Source of the DNA: a virus
Reading direction: 5' to 3' (one strand)
UHGV virus genome: UHGV-0187445
Length of the DNA: 14,700 bases
The position numbers and the translations under genes were made by a program. Below the pieces are notes generated by a model. The model was not told where the DNA came from, did not search any database, and was given only the letters and a program-made list of their open reading frames with translations. Positions 5,954-13,371 of this stretch are shown here, one piece after another; the stretch's first letter is position 1, and each line of letters opens with the position of its first letter.

Positions 5954-8881
5954 TTAGACGTGATCGGTCAGTTGGGAGCGCTTGCGCCGGTCGGCCTGTT
6001 GCTTCGCTAACGCAAGTTCTTCGCGCACGCGCCTGATAATGGTTTCTTCATCCAGTTTCTGGCCGCTAAAGTCGAAGTTAAGGTTATATACATCGCCACC
6101 CGGAGCAGGCATCAGCGCAGCGACGGAAGCCGCAGACGGAGACGCCGAAACAGGCATCCGTGCGGCGGGCTTCTCAACCTGCCAAGGCGTAACGGAAGCG
6201 ATCAGCGATCCGGCCTGCTGCGTCACCCAATCGGTAAGGGATGGTAGCTGGCGCTGCGCCTGCTTAAGCGGTTCCGAATATCCGCCACGGATCGGGATAT
6301 AGGGCTGCTTATTCTTGAAGACAATTTCGCCGGGGCCGTCTTTCTTCTCCGTGGTATTGGTGGCGATCTTGTCCAGGCTGTTGCTCATCTTCGGCACGAT
6401 GTTGGCCGGGCCTTTGAGCGAGTTAATCAGGTTGTCCTGTTTCTTCTGCTCATCGGTTTTCTTTTTCTCTTCGGCTTTTTTGCTTTCCTTCGCGACTGCC
6501 TGCACGTCACCGGAAAAGGCGTTAACCCGGTCTGCCAGATTGTTTACCGCTTCCGGCGTCATTTGCTGCGCAACCTGCTGCGCTGCTTTCGCTGCGTCGG
6601 GAATGGCGCCCAGCTTTTCCAGAATCCAGCCCAGCCCTTTGGCTACGGCCTGAATGGGAAGCGTCAGCGCGCTGATTGCGGCCCCAACCACCTTACCGAA
6701 GGTTTCCCCTGCACTGGTGCAGGATGCCAGCGCTTCACTGGAAAACTGGATCGGCTCCAGTAGTTTGGTAAACCATTCCCAGACGCCGCTGATCGCGTTG
6801 CCGATACTGTTAAAAATCGGGGCCAGTGGTGCGAATACGGCGTTAAACGACTGCGTTATTGGTTGAAGGCCAGCCATCAGACCGGTAAAGAAGCCGCTGA
6901 AAAATGCCTTAATCGGTTGCCAGAATTTAATTACGGCCACTGCTACCGCAGCAAAGAGAGCAATCAGCCCCCAGACGGGCGCAGAAATGCCAGCCAGTAG
7001 CGTGATAAGCGGGCCGAATACCATGCGACCGGCGCTTAACAATGCCTGCATAGGCGAGCCAGCAAGCCACTGGAACGCACCACCCAGGCGCATTACTCCG
7101 CCAGTCAGACGCGCTATTCCTCCTTCCCCGGCCAGCGAGGTGAAGCTGAGGCGAACAAGTGCCATTGGGCCAAGTACTGCGCCGATGGACAGCATCAGGC
7201 CACCCATGACAACCAGCAAAGCGCCTATGGCTGCGGTGACTTTCATGATTGAACCAACCAGCGCTGGGTTTGCCTCCACCCAGCGGCGGACGCTGCCAAC
7301 CACCTTACTGACGGTAAGCATGATATCCATCAGCGGATCGCGAAGGGTTTCACCTGCTGAACTGAATGCGTTAACCGCGCCGGTTTTGGTCAGTTGCCAT
7401 TGAGCAGAAAGGGAAGCTTTATTGATATCAGACTCCCTATTCATGGAACCTTTAGCGGCTGCGCCCTGCGTCAGTTCTATCTGGCGGCGTAGTTCGGGCA
7501 GGTTGTTGGCAAGTTTCTGCGCATCATCGCCGAACTCTTTGCCAAAAATCTGGGTAAGGTTGGCTACCTGCTGATCCGGGGCCAGTTTTTTGGACGCTTC
7601 CAGCACTGAAATGATTGTGCCCATCGCGTCCACTGACATGCTCTTCTGAACTTTTTCGGCGCTGAGGCCGAGGGCGTCCAGACCCTGCATAAAGTTTTTG
7701 CCCTGAACCGTAGCGATTGAGAGTTCGCGCACCATTGCATTGGTGGCGCTGGCGGCAACTTCGGCAGGGGTGCCGAGCGTCAGAAAGGTGGAACCCAGCG
7801 CGGCGGCTTGCTTGTAATCCAGTTGGCTGGCAAGCCCACCAACGCGCTGGAGTACGTCGATAATATCGGAGCCTTTCGACTTCGCGTTATCGTCCAGGTA
7901 GTTTATGGCGTCGCCTAACTGTTCAATATTCTGGGTGGGGATTTTATACAGCCCGGCAATTTTCCCCAGGCTTTCAGAAAGCTGATCGGCGGGCAGTTCA
8001 AAGGCTACCGAAGCTTTTGCCGCCATGCTGGCAAAAGACAGCAGATCGGCTTTTTGCTTTTGCCAGGGATCATCGCTGTTTGCGACGCCCATACGCGCGC
8101 CGCCTTCGACCAGGGCGGCATAGTCAACAGCACCGTTAGCCATTGGCAGCTTTTCGCTGGCATCCATGATCGCCCGCTGCATTTCTTCATACTGCGGGGT
8201 GCGGTTGCCGCTGTCGTCACGTAAGCCATTTACCTGTTTGGCTACGCCCTTCATCGCGTCTTCGAGGCTGCTGTAGGATTTCACCGCAGCGGCGACAGGT
8301 ACGAGTGTTGCCGCCCCTACTGCGGCGGTTTTCATTCCCCCGCTCATCATCTTTTCGCCGGTTTCTTTGGCGCGGCTGTAACGGGCCTGCGCCTGGTTAA
8401 CAGCGTCAAGCCGTCGTTGCTGTTCAGCAAGCTGGCGGTTGTATTGCGCGGTGCGCTGGTTGATCTGTTCCGTCGCCCGGCTGGCGCTGCTGATCGCAAT
8501 GCCTTCGCTGTAGAAGCTGGCCCGCAACTGGTTAAGCTGCGTCTGCTCGCCTTTCTGCTGCTGGGTTAACTGGCGAATGGCTGCACGTTGCTGATTGAGG
8601 GCGGCAACTTGTTCGGCGCTGCGCTGGCGTAACGGGCCATAAGCCGCCGCCATTTGCCGGGCCTGTTCTTTCGCCTGGGCCAGTTGTTCGGTGGTTTTTT
8701 TATTGGCTGCGGTGAGGCGGTCAAAGCTGGTTGCCTGACGCTCAAGCCCTTTAATGCTGGTTTTAGTCTGGTTGATTTGAGACGCCAACGCGGCGGCACT
8801 CTGGCGCGCCGCGTTGACAGGGCGGGACATATTATTCAGGGCGCTGAATGCCACCCTGATATTTAAATTGCGGTCTGCCAT
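5954..8881 (-). CDS. T: Phage tail tape measure protein (P2 T family), module 2
   Basis: 975 aa; N-terminal coiled-coil-rich region, central hydrophobic segments, position between E' and U. Confidence 0.9.
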   Translation of the reverse strand: MADRNLNIRVAFSALNNMSRPVNAARQSAAALASQINQTKTSIKGLERQATSFDRLTAANKKTTEQLAQAKEQARQMAAAYGPLRQRSAEQVAALNQQRAAIRQLTQQQKGEQTQLNQLRASFYSEGIAISSASRATEQINQRTAQYNRQLAEQQRRLDAVNQAQARYSRAKETGEKMMSGGMKTAAVGAATLVPVAAAVKSYSSLEDAMKGVAKQVNGLRDDSGNRTPQYEEMQRAIMDASEKLPMANGAVDYAALVEGGARMGVANSDDPWQKQKADLLSFASMAAKASVAFELPADQLSESLGKIAGLYKIPTQNIEQLGDAINYLDDNAKSKGSDIIDVLQRVGGLASQLDYKQAAALGSTFLTLGTPAEVAASATNAMVRELSIATVQGKNFMQGLDALGLSAEKVQKSMSVDAMGTIISVLEASKKLAPDQQVANLTQIFGKEFGDDAQKLANNLPELRRQIELTQGAAAKGSMNRESDINKASLSAQWQLTKTGAVNAFSSAGETLRDPLMDIMLTVSKVVGSVRRWVEANPALVGSIMKVTAAIGALLVVMGGLMLSIGAVLGPMALVRLSFTSLAGEGGIARLTGGVMRLGGAFQWLAGSPMQALLSAGRMVFGPLITLLAGISAPVWGLIALFAAVAVAVIKFWQPIKAFFSGFFTGLMAGLQPITQSFNAVFAPLAPIFNSIGNAISGVWEWFTKLLEPIQFSSEALASCTSAGETFGKVVGAAISALTLPIQAVAKGLGWILEKLGAIPDAAKAAQQVAQQMTPEAVNNLADRVNAFSGDVQAVAKESKKAEEKKKTDEQKKQDNLINSLKGPANIVPKMSNSLDKIATNTTEKKDGPGEIVFKNKQPYIPIRGGYSEPLKQAQRQLPSLTDWVTQQAGSLIASVTPWQVEKPAARMPVSASPSAASVAALMPAPGGDVYNLNFDFSGQKLDEETIIRRVREELALAKQQADRRKRSQLTDHV

Positions 8882-9082
8882 TTAGTGATCTCCACCACTG
8901 CGCGCAGCCGCCTGATCACGCCATAACAGTATTTCCTGTACCGTCATGGCGTCCATCTCTACCGGCCGCCAGTGGAATATGACGGCGATATCTGCCATCA
9001 GGTCTTCTATGCGTTCGCAGGGGCATCGGATGATTCGTTGCCCGTATCCGTCGCGGTCAGATCCGAAGAGGGTTGCAAAAAA
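8882..9082 (-). CDS. E': E' extension of E+E' fusion, module 2 (-1 programmed frameshift at T TTT TTG, plus-strand 9076..9082); full E+E' spans 8882..9342
   Basis: Hand translation of the -1 frame from the heptamer gives a stop-free 66-codon tail (FATLFGSDRDGYGQRIIRCPCERIEDLMADIAVIFHWRPVEMDAMTVQEILLWRDQAAARSGGDH) ending at TAA 8882..8884, directly abutting the T start codon (TAAATG). Confidence 0.75.
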   Translation of the reverse strand, partial: FFATLFGSDRDGYGQRIIRCPCERIEDLMADIAVIFHWRPVEMDAMTVQEILLWRDQAAARSGGDH

Positions 9083-9342
9083 TCAACCACCGCGTTGGCT
9101 AGCTGGCAAAAATCCCAGGTATCCATACGGGCAATCTCATCGGCGGTTAGTGCCGGAGCGGTAACGCGGGGCAGCAGAATAACCAGCGCGTCATAGTTGG
9201 AAGTCAGCACGTCATAGGCTTTTAAGCCGCGCAGTGATCCAGCCTGTTTAAGCACGGAAGTGATCGCCACTTCGGTGATTTTGGTCTTACCGCGCGTAAT
9301 AGGGGCGGTAAGAATAACGGTGTTTTCTTTGGTTTTGCTCAT
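9007..9342 (-). CDS. E: Phage tail assembly chaperone gpE, module 2
   Basis: 111 aa; in-frame GAT TTT TTG heptamer 25 codons before the stop; downstream of tube gene. Confidence 0.85.
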   Translation of the reverse strand: MSKTKENTVILTAPITRGKTKITEVAITSVLKQAGSLRGLKAYDVLTSNYDALVILLPRVTAPALTADEIARMDTWDFCQLANAVVDFLQPSSDLTATDTGNESSDAPANA

Positions 9343-9356
9343 GGTGCCGGGTTTCC

Positions 9357-9872
9357 TTATAGGCCGATGTTAGCGCGGTGTTTTTCCAGCACATCCACAC
9401 CGGCAACTTTGTAGATCATGTTGAGCACATCAACTTCGATAATCTCTTCGCCGTTGATGGTCAGCTTGTAATAGGTGTTTTTCAGGGTGTACTTATGCGA
9501 AGTGTCATCCCCGACTTTTGCCGAACCGGGATCCAGTTCAGTGAAGCGGCCACGCGTCTGGATTTCGCACGGTACAGCGTCGCCGGTTGCGTCGTCCTGA
9601 TAGGAGCCAGCAAAACGTGTTTGCATCCCGTCCGCAGTGGTAACGCCCCATTTTTTCAGCAATCCGGCATCCAGACCGCCAAGCGTGATATCCATATCCA
9701 GGGCGCCAGCGTCGAAGCCAAGATCCACCGCAACCGAACCTGGCATACCACCCGCCTGGTAGTCTTCGGTTTTTTTGGTGAGTTTGGCGGGGGTGATTTC
9801 CGGCACCATGCCGAAGTAGTTATCCCCGTCAAAGAACATATTGAAATATTTGAGTTTCTTAGGCAGTGCCAT
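9357..9872 (-). CDS. FII: Phage major tail tube protein (P2 FII family), module 2
   Basis: 171 aa; MALPKKLKYFNMF... and ...HRANIGL; same length as module-1 FII but highly diverged. Confidence 0.9.
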   Translation of the reverse strand: MALPKKLKYFNMFFDGDNYFGMVPEITPAKLTKKTEDYQAGGMPGSVAVDLGFDAGALDMDITLGGLDAGLLKKWGVTTADGMQTRFAGSYQDDATGDAVPCEIQTRGRFTELDPGSAKVGDDTSHKYTLKNTYYKLTINGEEIIEVDVLNMIYKVAGVDVLEKHRANIGL

Positions 9873-9884
9873 AAGCGCCCCCGG

Positions 9885-11078
9885 TTAGTTATTCACTGCG
9901 CTGGAAAACGTAGCGAAATATTCGTCGGTGAACTCCTGTACCAGGCTGAGATTTTCCAGCGGTGGAACAGGGGTGTAGTTGTACTTAATGGTCAGTTGAC
10001 CATTGCGCAGGGTTTCCGAGGTATTCGGTTCCGGGTCATACCAGCAGCGGGCGCCCAGCAGCTTGCCAGCCGTCACGTATGAGGTCAGCTTCTTATTGAT
10101 GCCGTCCACAATGTCCTTTACCAGCGACGGGGTAAGCGGTTTATCAACATAGGCGAAATGGGCTTCGGCGACGGTATCCGCAACTATCTGCGCGGTTCGG
10201 GTATAGCTTTCGAAGATATACGTTTCCGCGTCGCAGGTACGCGATCCCCAGATGCGGTAGCCGTCCTGCTTGATCAGCGTGGTAACGCCTGCTGCGTTCA
10301 GTTCGTCGGCGTCGGTATCGGTGCCCTGCAACGTGAAATAGATATCCCGATCCATCCCCAGCACGTTATTAACGGGCACGTTGGAAATGGTTTTATGCCA
10401 GCCCTGCGTTGCGTCGATTTTGGCTCGCATCCCAACAGCATGGGCACCCACGGGCACGGTGGCATTAGCCCCGGCGTTGGTGTCGTAGCAGATGAAATTA
10501 GGCCAGATAACCATCATTTCACGCTGGGAGAATTGCTCGCGGTATTCCTTCACTTCGGCGATTGTGTTGCAACCGTTCGCTGCCACGTAAGCAAACGCGC
10601 GCAGCTTTTCGGCAATGACGCCGAGTTGTGCGGCTACCGCTTCCGTATCAAGCCCTGGAACAGCCAGTACACGCGGGCGCACACCTACGCGCATTTCGGC
10701 AGACAGCAGCGCGTACATGCCGGTAAAGCGCCCGTTTGCATCGGTGCCGCCAATAACCAGTTGATCCTGGGTCTGTGCGGTGCCGCCTTCTGGCGGTTCG
10801 ATATTTGCAGCATCAGCAACGCGGATCACAATGGTTTGCGGGCTGGTCTGGTCTGAAATCGCTTTCAGGGTGGTAAACAGGGTGCCGGTTTTACCTGCCT
10901 TGCCCAGCATGTTAGCCACGCGGGTAATCAGTACAGGGGTATCCAGCGGGAACGCTGTTTCGTCCGCATCATCAGCGGTGCAGACAACGCCGATCACCGC
11001 CGAATCAATGTCGGTGATCATCGTGCTAAGGTCGGTGGTTTCCGTGACGGTTACACCGTGATGGTAGTTAGTGGCCAT
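9885..11078 (-). CDS. FI: Phage contractile tail sheath protein (P2 FI family), module 2
   Basis: 397 aa; ...NYHHGV...TTLIKQDGYRIWG...[12 protein letters not shown]...; roughly half the residues identical to module-1 FI by eye. Confidence 0.9.
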   Translation of the reverse strand: MATNYHHGVTVTETTDLSTMITDIDSAVIGVVCTADDADETAFPLDTPVLITRVANMLGKAGKTGTLFTTLKAISDQTSPQTIVIRVADAANIEPPEGGTAQTQDQLVIGGTDANGRFTGMYALLSAEMRVGVRPRVLAVPGLDTEAVAAQLGVIAEKLRAFAYVAANGCNTIAEVKEYREQFSQREMMVIWPNFICYDTNAGANATVPVGAHAVGMRAKIDATQGWHKTISNVPVNNVLGMDRDIYFTLQGTDTDADELNAAGVTTLIKQDGYRIWGSRTCDAETYIFESYTRTAQIVADTVAEAHFAYVDKPLTPSLVKDIVDGINKKLTSYVTAGKLLGARCWYDPEPNTSETLRNGQLTIKYNYTPVPPLENLSLVQEFTDEYFATFSSAVNN

Positions 11079-11150
11079 GTATTTGCCTCGCCAGTTTAAT
11101 GACTGCGAATATCATTGCGGCAATGGCGGGCCGATGCGATGGATAAGGGT

Positions 11151-11168
11151 TGTCAGCAACCTGCAACA
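11151..11168. promoter_or_regulatory. TGT-N12-ACA dyad (P2 late-promoter activator site) between divergent FI(2) and D
   Basis: TGTcagcaacctgcaACA seen directly; centre about 81 bp upstream of FI(2) ATG and about 77 bp upstream of D ATG. Confidence 0.5.
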
Positions 11169-11235
11169 ATGACGGGGCGTTGTTCATGCGCGCGCGCGTG
11201 GCGACGATGTACCCCATCATGATGAAGGGGTTGAT

Positions 11236-12354
11236 ATGGACACGACAGAAAACCGATATTCGCCGCGCCCGGCGTTCAGTATTGAGATTGAAGGTAAGCA
11301 GCTTACGGCGCTGGATAACCGGCTGATCTCCCTTTCCCTGACAGATAACCGGGGCTTTGAAGCGGACACGCTGGATCTGACTCTGGATGATGCAGACGGG
11401 CAGGTAGCCTTACCATCACGCGGCGCAAAGATATCGGTGGCGCTGGGCTGGGATAATGATCCATTGGTTTTTAAGGGCGTGTATACGGTTGACGAGATCG
11501 GACACTCTGGCCCGCCTGACCAGCTAACGATCAGTGCCAGAAGCGCAGATTTCCGCGATACCTTTAACGTGAAGAGGGAATATAGCTGGCACGATATTAC
11601 CGTGGGGGATGTGGTTGCCAGCATTGCCAGCCGTTACGATCTGCGTGCGGGCGTCAGCGAAGAACTGGCGAAGATTGAGATAGATCACGCCGATCAGACG
11701 AGTGAATCAGATATCAGCTTCTTAACGCGCATGGCCGAAATGCTGGGCGCGGTGGCAACCATTAAAAACGGTATGCTTCTGTTTATCACGCCGGGCAAGG
11801 GAGTAACGCAGAGCGGCAAGCCGCTGCCGGTGATCGAGATAGTCCGGTCAAGCGGTGATAAACATCGGTTTAACGTAGCTGACCGCGACGCGTACACGGG
11901 CGTAACTGCATACTGGCTTGATCTCAACTTTGGCAAGAAACCATCCACTACCGTGAAGAAAACCACCCGCAGGCGACGAACCAGCCAGGCCAAAAAGAAA
12001 GAACCCGCATCAAGCAAAAAAGAAGGGGATTATCTGGCCGGGGCCGAAGGCAACGTTTTTGTTATCCGTAAAACCTTCAAGACGGAAAAGGCGGCAAAGC
12101 GTGCCGCAGCGGCTAAGTGGCGGGAGTTGCAGCGCGGGGCGGCTACGTTCAGCATCACCCTGGCGCGTGGGCGCGCGGATTTGTACCCGGAACAGCCAGC
12201 CAGTGTTTATGGGTTTAAGTCCACGATCGACAGTGGAAGCTGGACGATAACACGGTGCGTTCACGATGTTGGCGGGGGAGGGTTTACCACGTCGCTGGAA
12301 CTGGAAGTAAAAATCGACGACTGGACAGCGGAGAGTGACGATTCAACGTCTTAA
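11236..12354 (+). CDS. D: Phage late control / tail protein gpD (P2 D family)
   Basis: 372 aa; ...DLTLDDADGQVALPSRGAKISVALGW...GPPDQLTISARSADFRDTFNVKREYSW...DAYTGVTAYW... typical of P2 D; GAAGGGG RBS. Confidence 0.85.
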   Translation: MDTTENRYSPRPAFSIEIEGKQLTALDNRLISLSLTDNRGFEADTLDLTLDDADGQVALPSRGAKISVALGWDNDPLVFKGVYTVDEIGHSGPPDQLTISARSADFRDTFNVKREYSWHDITVGDVVASIASRYDLRAGVSEELAKIEIDHADQTSESDISFLTRMAEMLGAVATIKNGMLLFITPGKGVTQSGKPLPVIEIVRSSGDKHRFNVADRDAYTGVTAYWLDLNFGKKPSTTVKKTTRRRRTSQAKKKEPASSKKEGDYLAGAEGNVFVIRKTFKTEKAAKRAAAAKWRELQRGAATFSITLARGRADLYPEQPASVYGFKSTIDSGSWTITRCVHDVGGGGFTTSLELEVKIDDWTAESDDSTS

Positions 12355-12402
12355 GCGTTATACTTGCGTTGATATTAACCAGTCATGAAAGGAGGCCCGC
12401 GT

Positions 12403-12645
12403 ATGGCAATGCGCTGTCCTCGCTGCCGTGCTATAGCAAAAACCAGAACCAGCGTTGAGCTGAGTTTGCTTGTACGGCGCAGCTATCACCAGTGTCAAAA
12501 CATGTTATGCGGGTACTGTTTCACCAGCATGACGGAAATAGACGGTTCATTAAACCAGACCCAGCCAGCGCCCGGCGCGATGGTGCCACAAGAAGCTTTT
12601 CCACGAAGTCACCACGGCGAAGATCAGCTATCGCTGGCACTGTAA
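12403..12645 (+). CDS. ogr: Late-gene transcriptional activator, Ogr/Delta zinc-finger family
   Basis: 80 aa from ATG at 12403 (AAAGGAGG RBS 7 nt upstream); CPRC ... HQCQNMLC Cys4 motif matching the Ogr ...YHQCQN.C signature; follows D as in P2. Confidence 0.8.
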   Translation: MAMRCPRCRAIAKTRTSVELSLLVRRSYHQCQNMLCGYCFTSMTEIDGSLNQTQPAPGAMVPQEAFPRSHHGEDQLSLAL

Positions 12646-12647
12646 AA

Positions 12648-12676
12648 ATAACCCGCCTACATGGCGGGTTTCTTAT
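12648..12676 (+). terminator. Rho-independent terminator after ogr (ACCCGCC-tacat-GGCGGGT then TTCTTAT)
   Basis: Hairpin plus U-rich tract seen directly, 5 nt after ogr stop. Confidence 0.6.
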
Positions 12677-12734
12677 ACCTGTTACCCCTGATATTATTTT
12701 TCAACTTTCACAGTGGTGCTTAAAAGGTAGGGAT

Positions 12735-13118
12735 ATGAAAAAGTTAATCATGGTACTTGCGCTGTTTAGCCTTGTTGGATGTAAGCCCGGTGCTGATAAA
12801 GCGGTTGAGTTGGGGCAGAAAGAAGTTGCTTCAAGTATGCGCGATCCTGATAGCGCGAAATTCAGGTATGTACGTTTTGTTCAGAAAGACGAAGCTGCTG
12901 ATGGTGCTGTTGTCGGTTACGTCTGCGGGCAGGTAAACGCCAAAAATGCGTTTGGTGCGTATGCTGGTTTTGCACCTTTTGAAATGGAATTGTCGATGAA
13001 GTCGAAGGGGTTCTTCTCAAAAGGGGTAACTTACTCTGTATTTAACAAGCAACTGTATTCAGACCCAGGACAGGTAAACATGGCCGAATATACGAAGAAG
13101 TGCGGCCCTGATCAATAG
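12735..13118 (+). CDS. Small lipoprotein of unknown function (signal peptide with lipobox LVGC); candidate prophage cargo
   Basis: 127 aa from ATG at 12735 (GGTAGGG RBS); MKKLIMVLALFSLVGC lipoprotein signal; no family recognised by eye. Confidence 0.65.
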   Translation: MKKLIMVLALFSLVGCKPGADKAVELGQKEVASSMRDPDSAKFRYVRFVQKDEAADGAVVGYVCGQVNAKNAFGAYAGFAPFEMELSMKSKGFFSKGVTYSVFNKQLYSDPGQVNMAEYTKKCGPDQ

Positions 13119-13145
13119 GTTAAGTTTTAGGCAAATGTTTGAATA

Positions 13146-13170
13146 GACCGGGCAGAAGCCCGGCTTTTTT
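13146..13170 (+). terminator. Rho-independent terminator after lipoprotein gene (GACCGGGC-agaa-GCCCGGC then TTTTTT)
   Basis: Perfect GC-rich hairpin plus T6 seen directly. Confidence 0.7.
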
Positions 13171-13261
13171 CTGTCGAAGTGTAGTCAAAATGTAGACGAA
13201 GATTAGAATAAATCCTTTTATTCCATTGTGTTACTGGCTGGATTTCTTCACCATCCCTGTC

Positions 13262-13290
13262 TTCCCCCACATGATGTGGGGGTTTTTTTT
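13262..13290 (+). terminator. Strong stand-alone rho-independent terminator (CCCCCAC-atgat-GTGGGGG then T8); no ORF upstream
   Basis: Hairpin plus T8 seen directly, about 90 bp after the previous terminator and about 80 bp before fieF. Confidence 0.65.
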
Positions 13291-13371
13291 ATCCTCAATT
13301 TGCCTGCTGCTTAATGCATTGCAGATGATTTGCTTCCGTTATACTAGCGTCAGTTGATAGCGGGAGTATTT

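Larger units (their letters stand above)
1..13120. mobile_element. Composite P2-family prophage remnant (two non-identical tail modules, invertible tail-fibre segment, D, ogr, cargo lipoprotein); extends beyond the left edge of the window
   Basis: Contiguous run of P2-type late genes (FI, FII, E/E', T, U, D, ogr) recognised from translated ORFs; flanked on the right by E. coli core genes fieF and pfkA. Right boundary approximate (somewhere between 12646 and about 13300). Confidence 0.8.

Noticed and set aside
5645-7403. Plus-strand ORFs 5645..5914, 5982..6302, 6315..6653, 6563..6763, 6654..6866, 6987..7403
   Set aside because: Antisense to U and to the tape measure gene; GC-rich shadow frames.
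8946-9196. Plus-strand ORFs 8946..9164 and 8972..9196
   Set aside because: Antisense to E/E' of module 2.
9378-11061. Plus-strand ORFs 9378..10082, 10158..10856, 10780..11061
   Set aside because: Antisense to FII and FI of module 2, which carry strong P2-family motifs.
11217-12264. Minus-strand ORFs 11217..11624, 11694..12017, 12010..12264 and plus-strand 12059..12250
   Set aside because: Shadow ORFs overlapping gpD.
12385-12402. Upstream ATG of the ogr ORF (12385)
   Set aside because: It lies inside the Shine-Dalgarno sequence (AAAGGAGG) that serves the ATG at 12403; the Ogr homology begins at MAMRCPRC.
12492-12734. N-terminal 81-codon extension of the lipoprotein ORF
   Set aside because: Overlaps ogr and its terminator in another frame; the lipoprotein signal peptide and RBS start at 12735.
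13354-13371. Upstream start of the fieF ORF (MIAGVF...)
   Set aside because: FieF begins MNQSYGRL; the extension probably uses a non-ATG codon and lacks an RBS.
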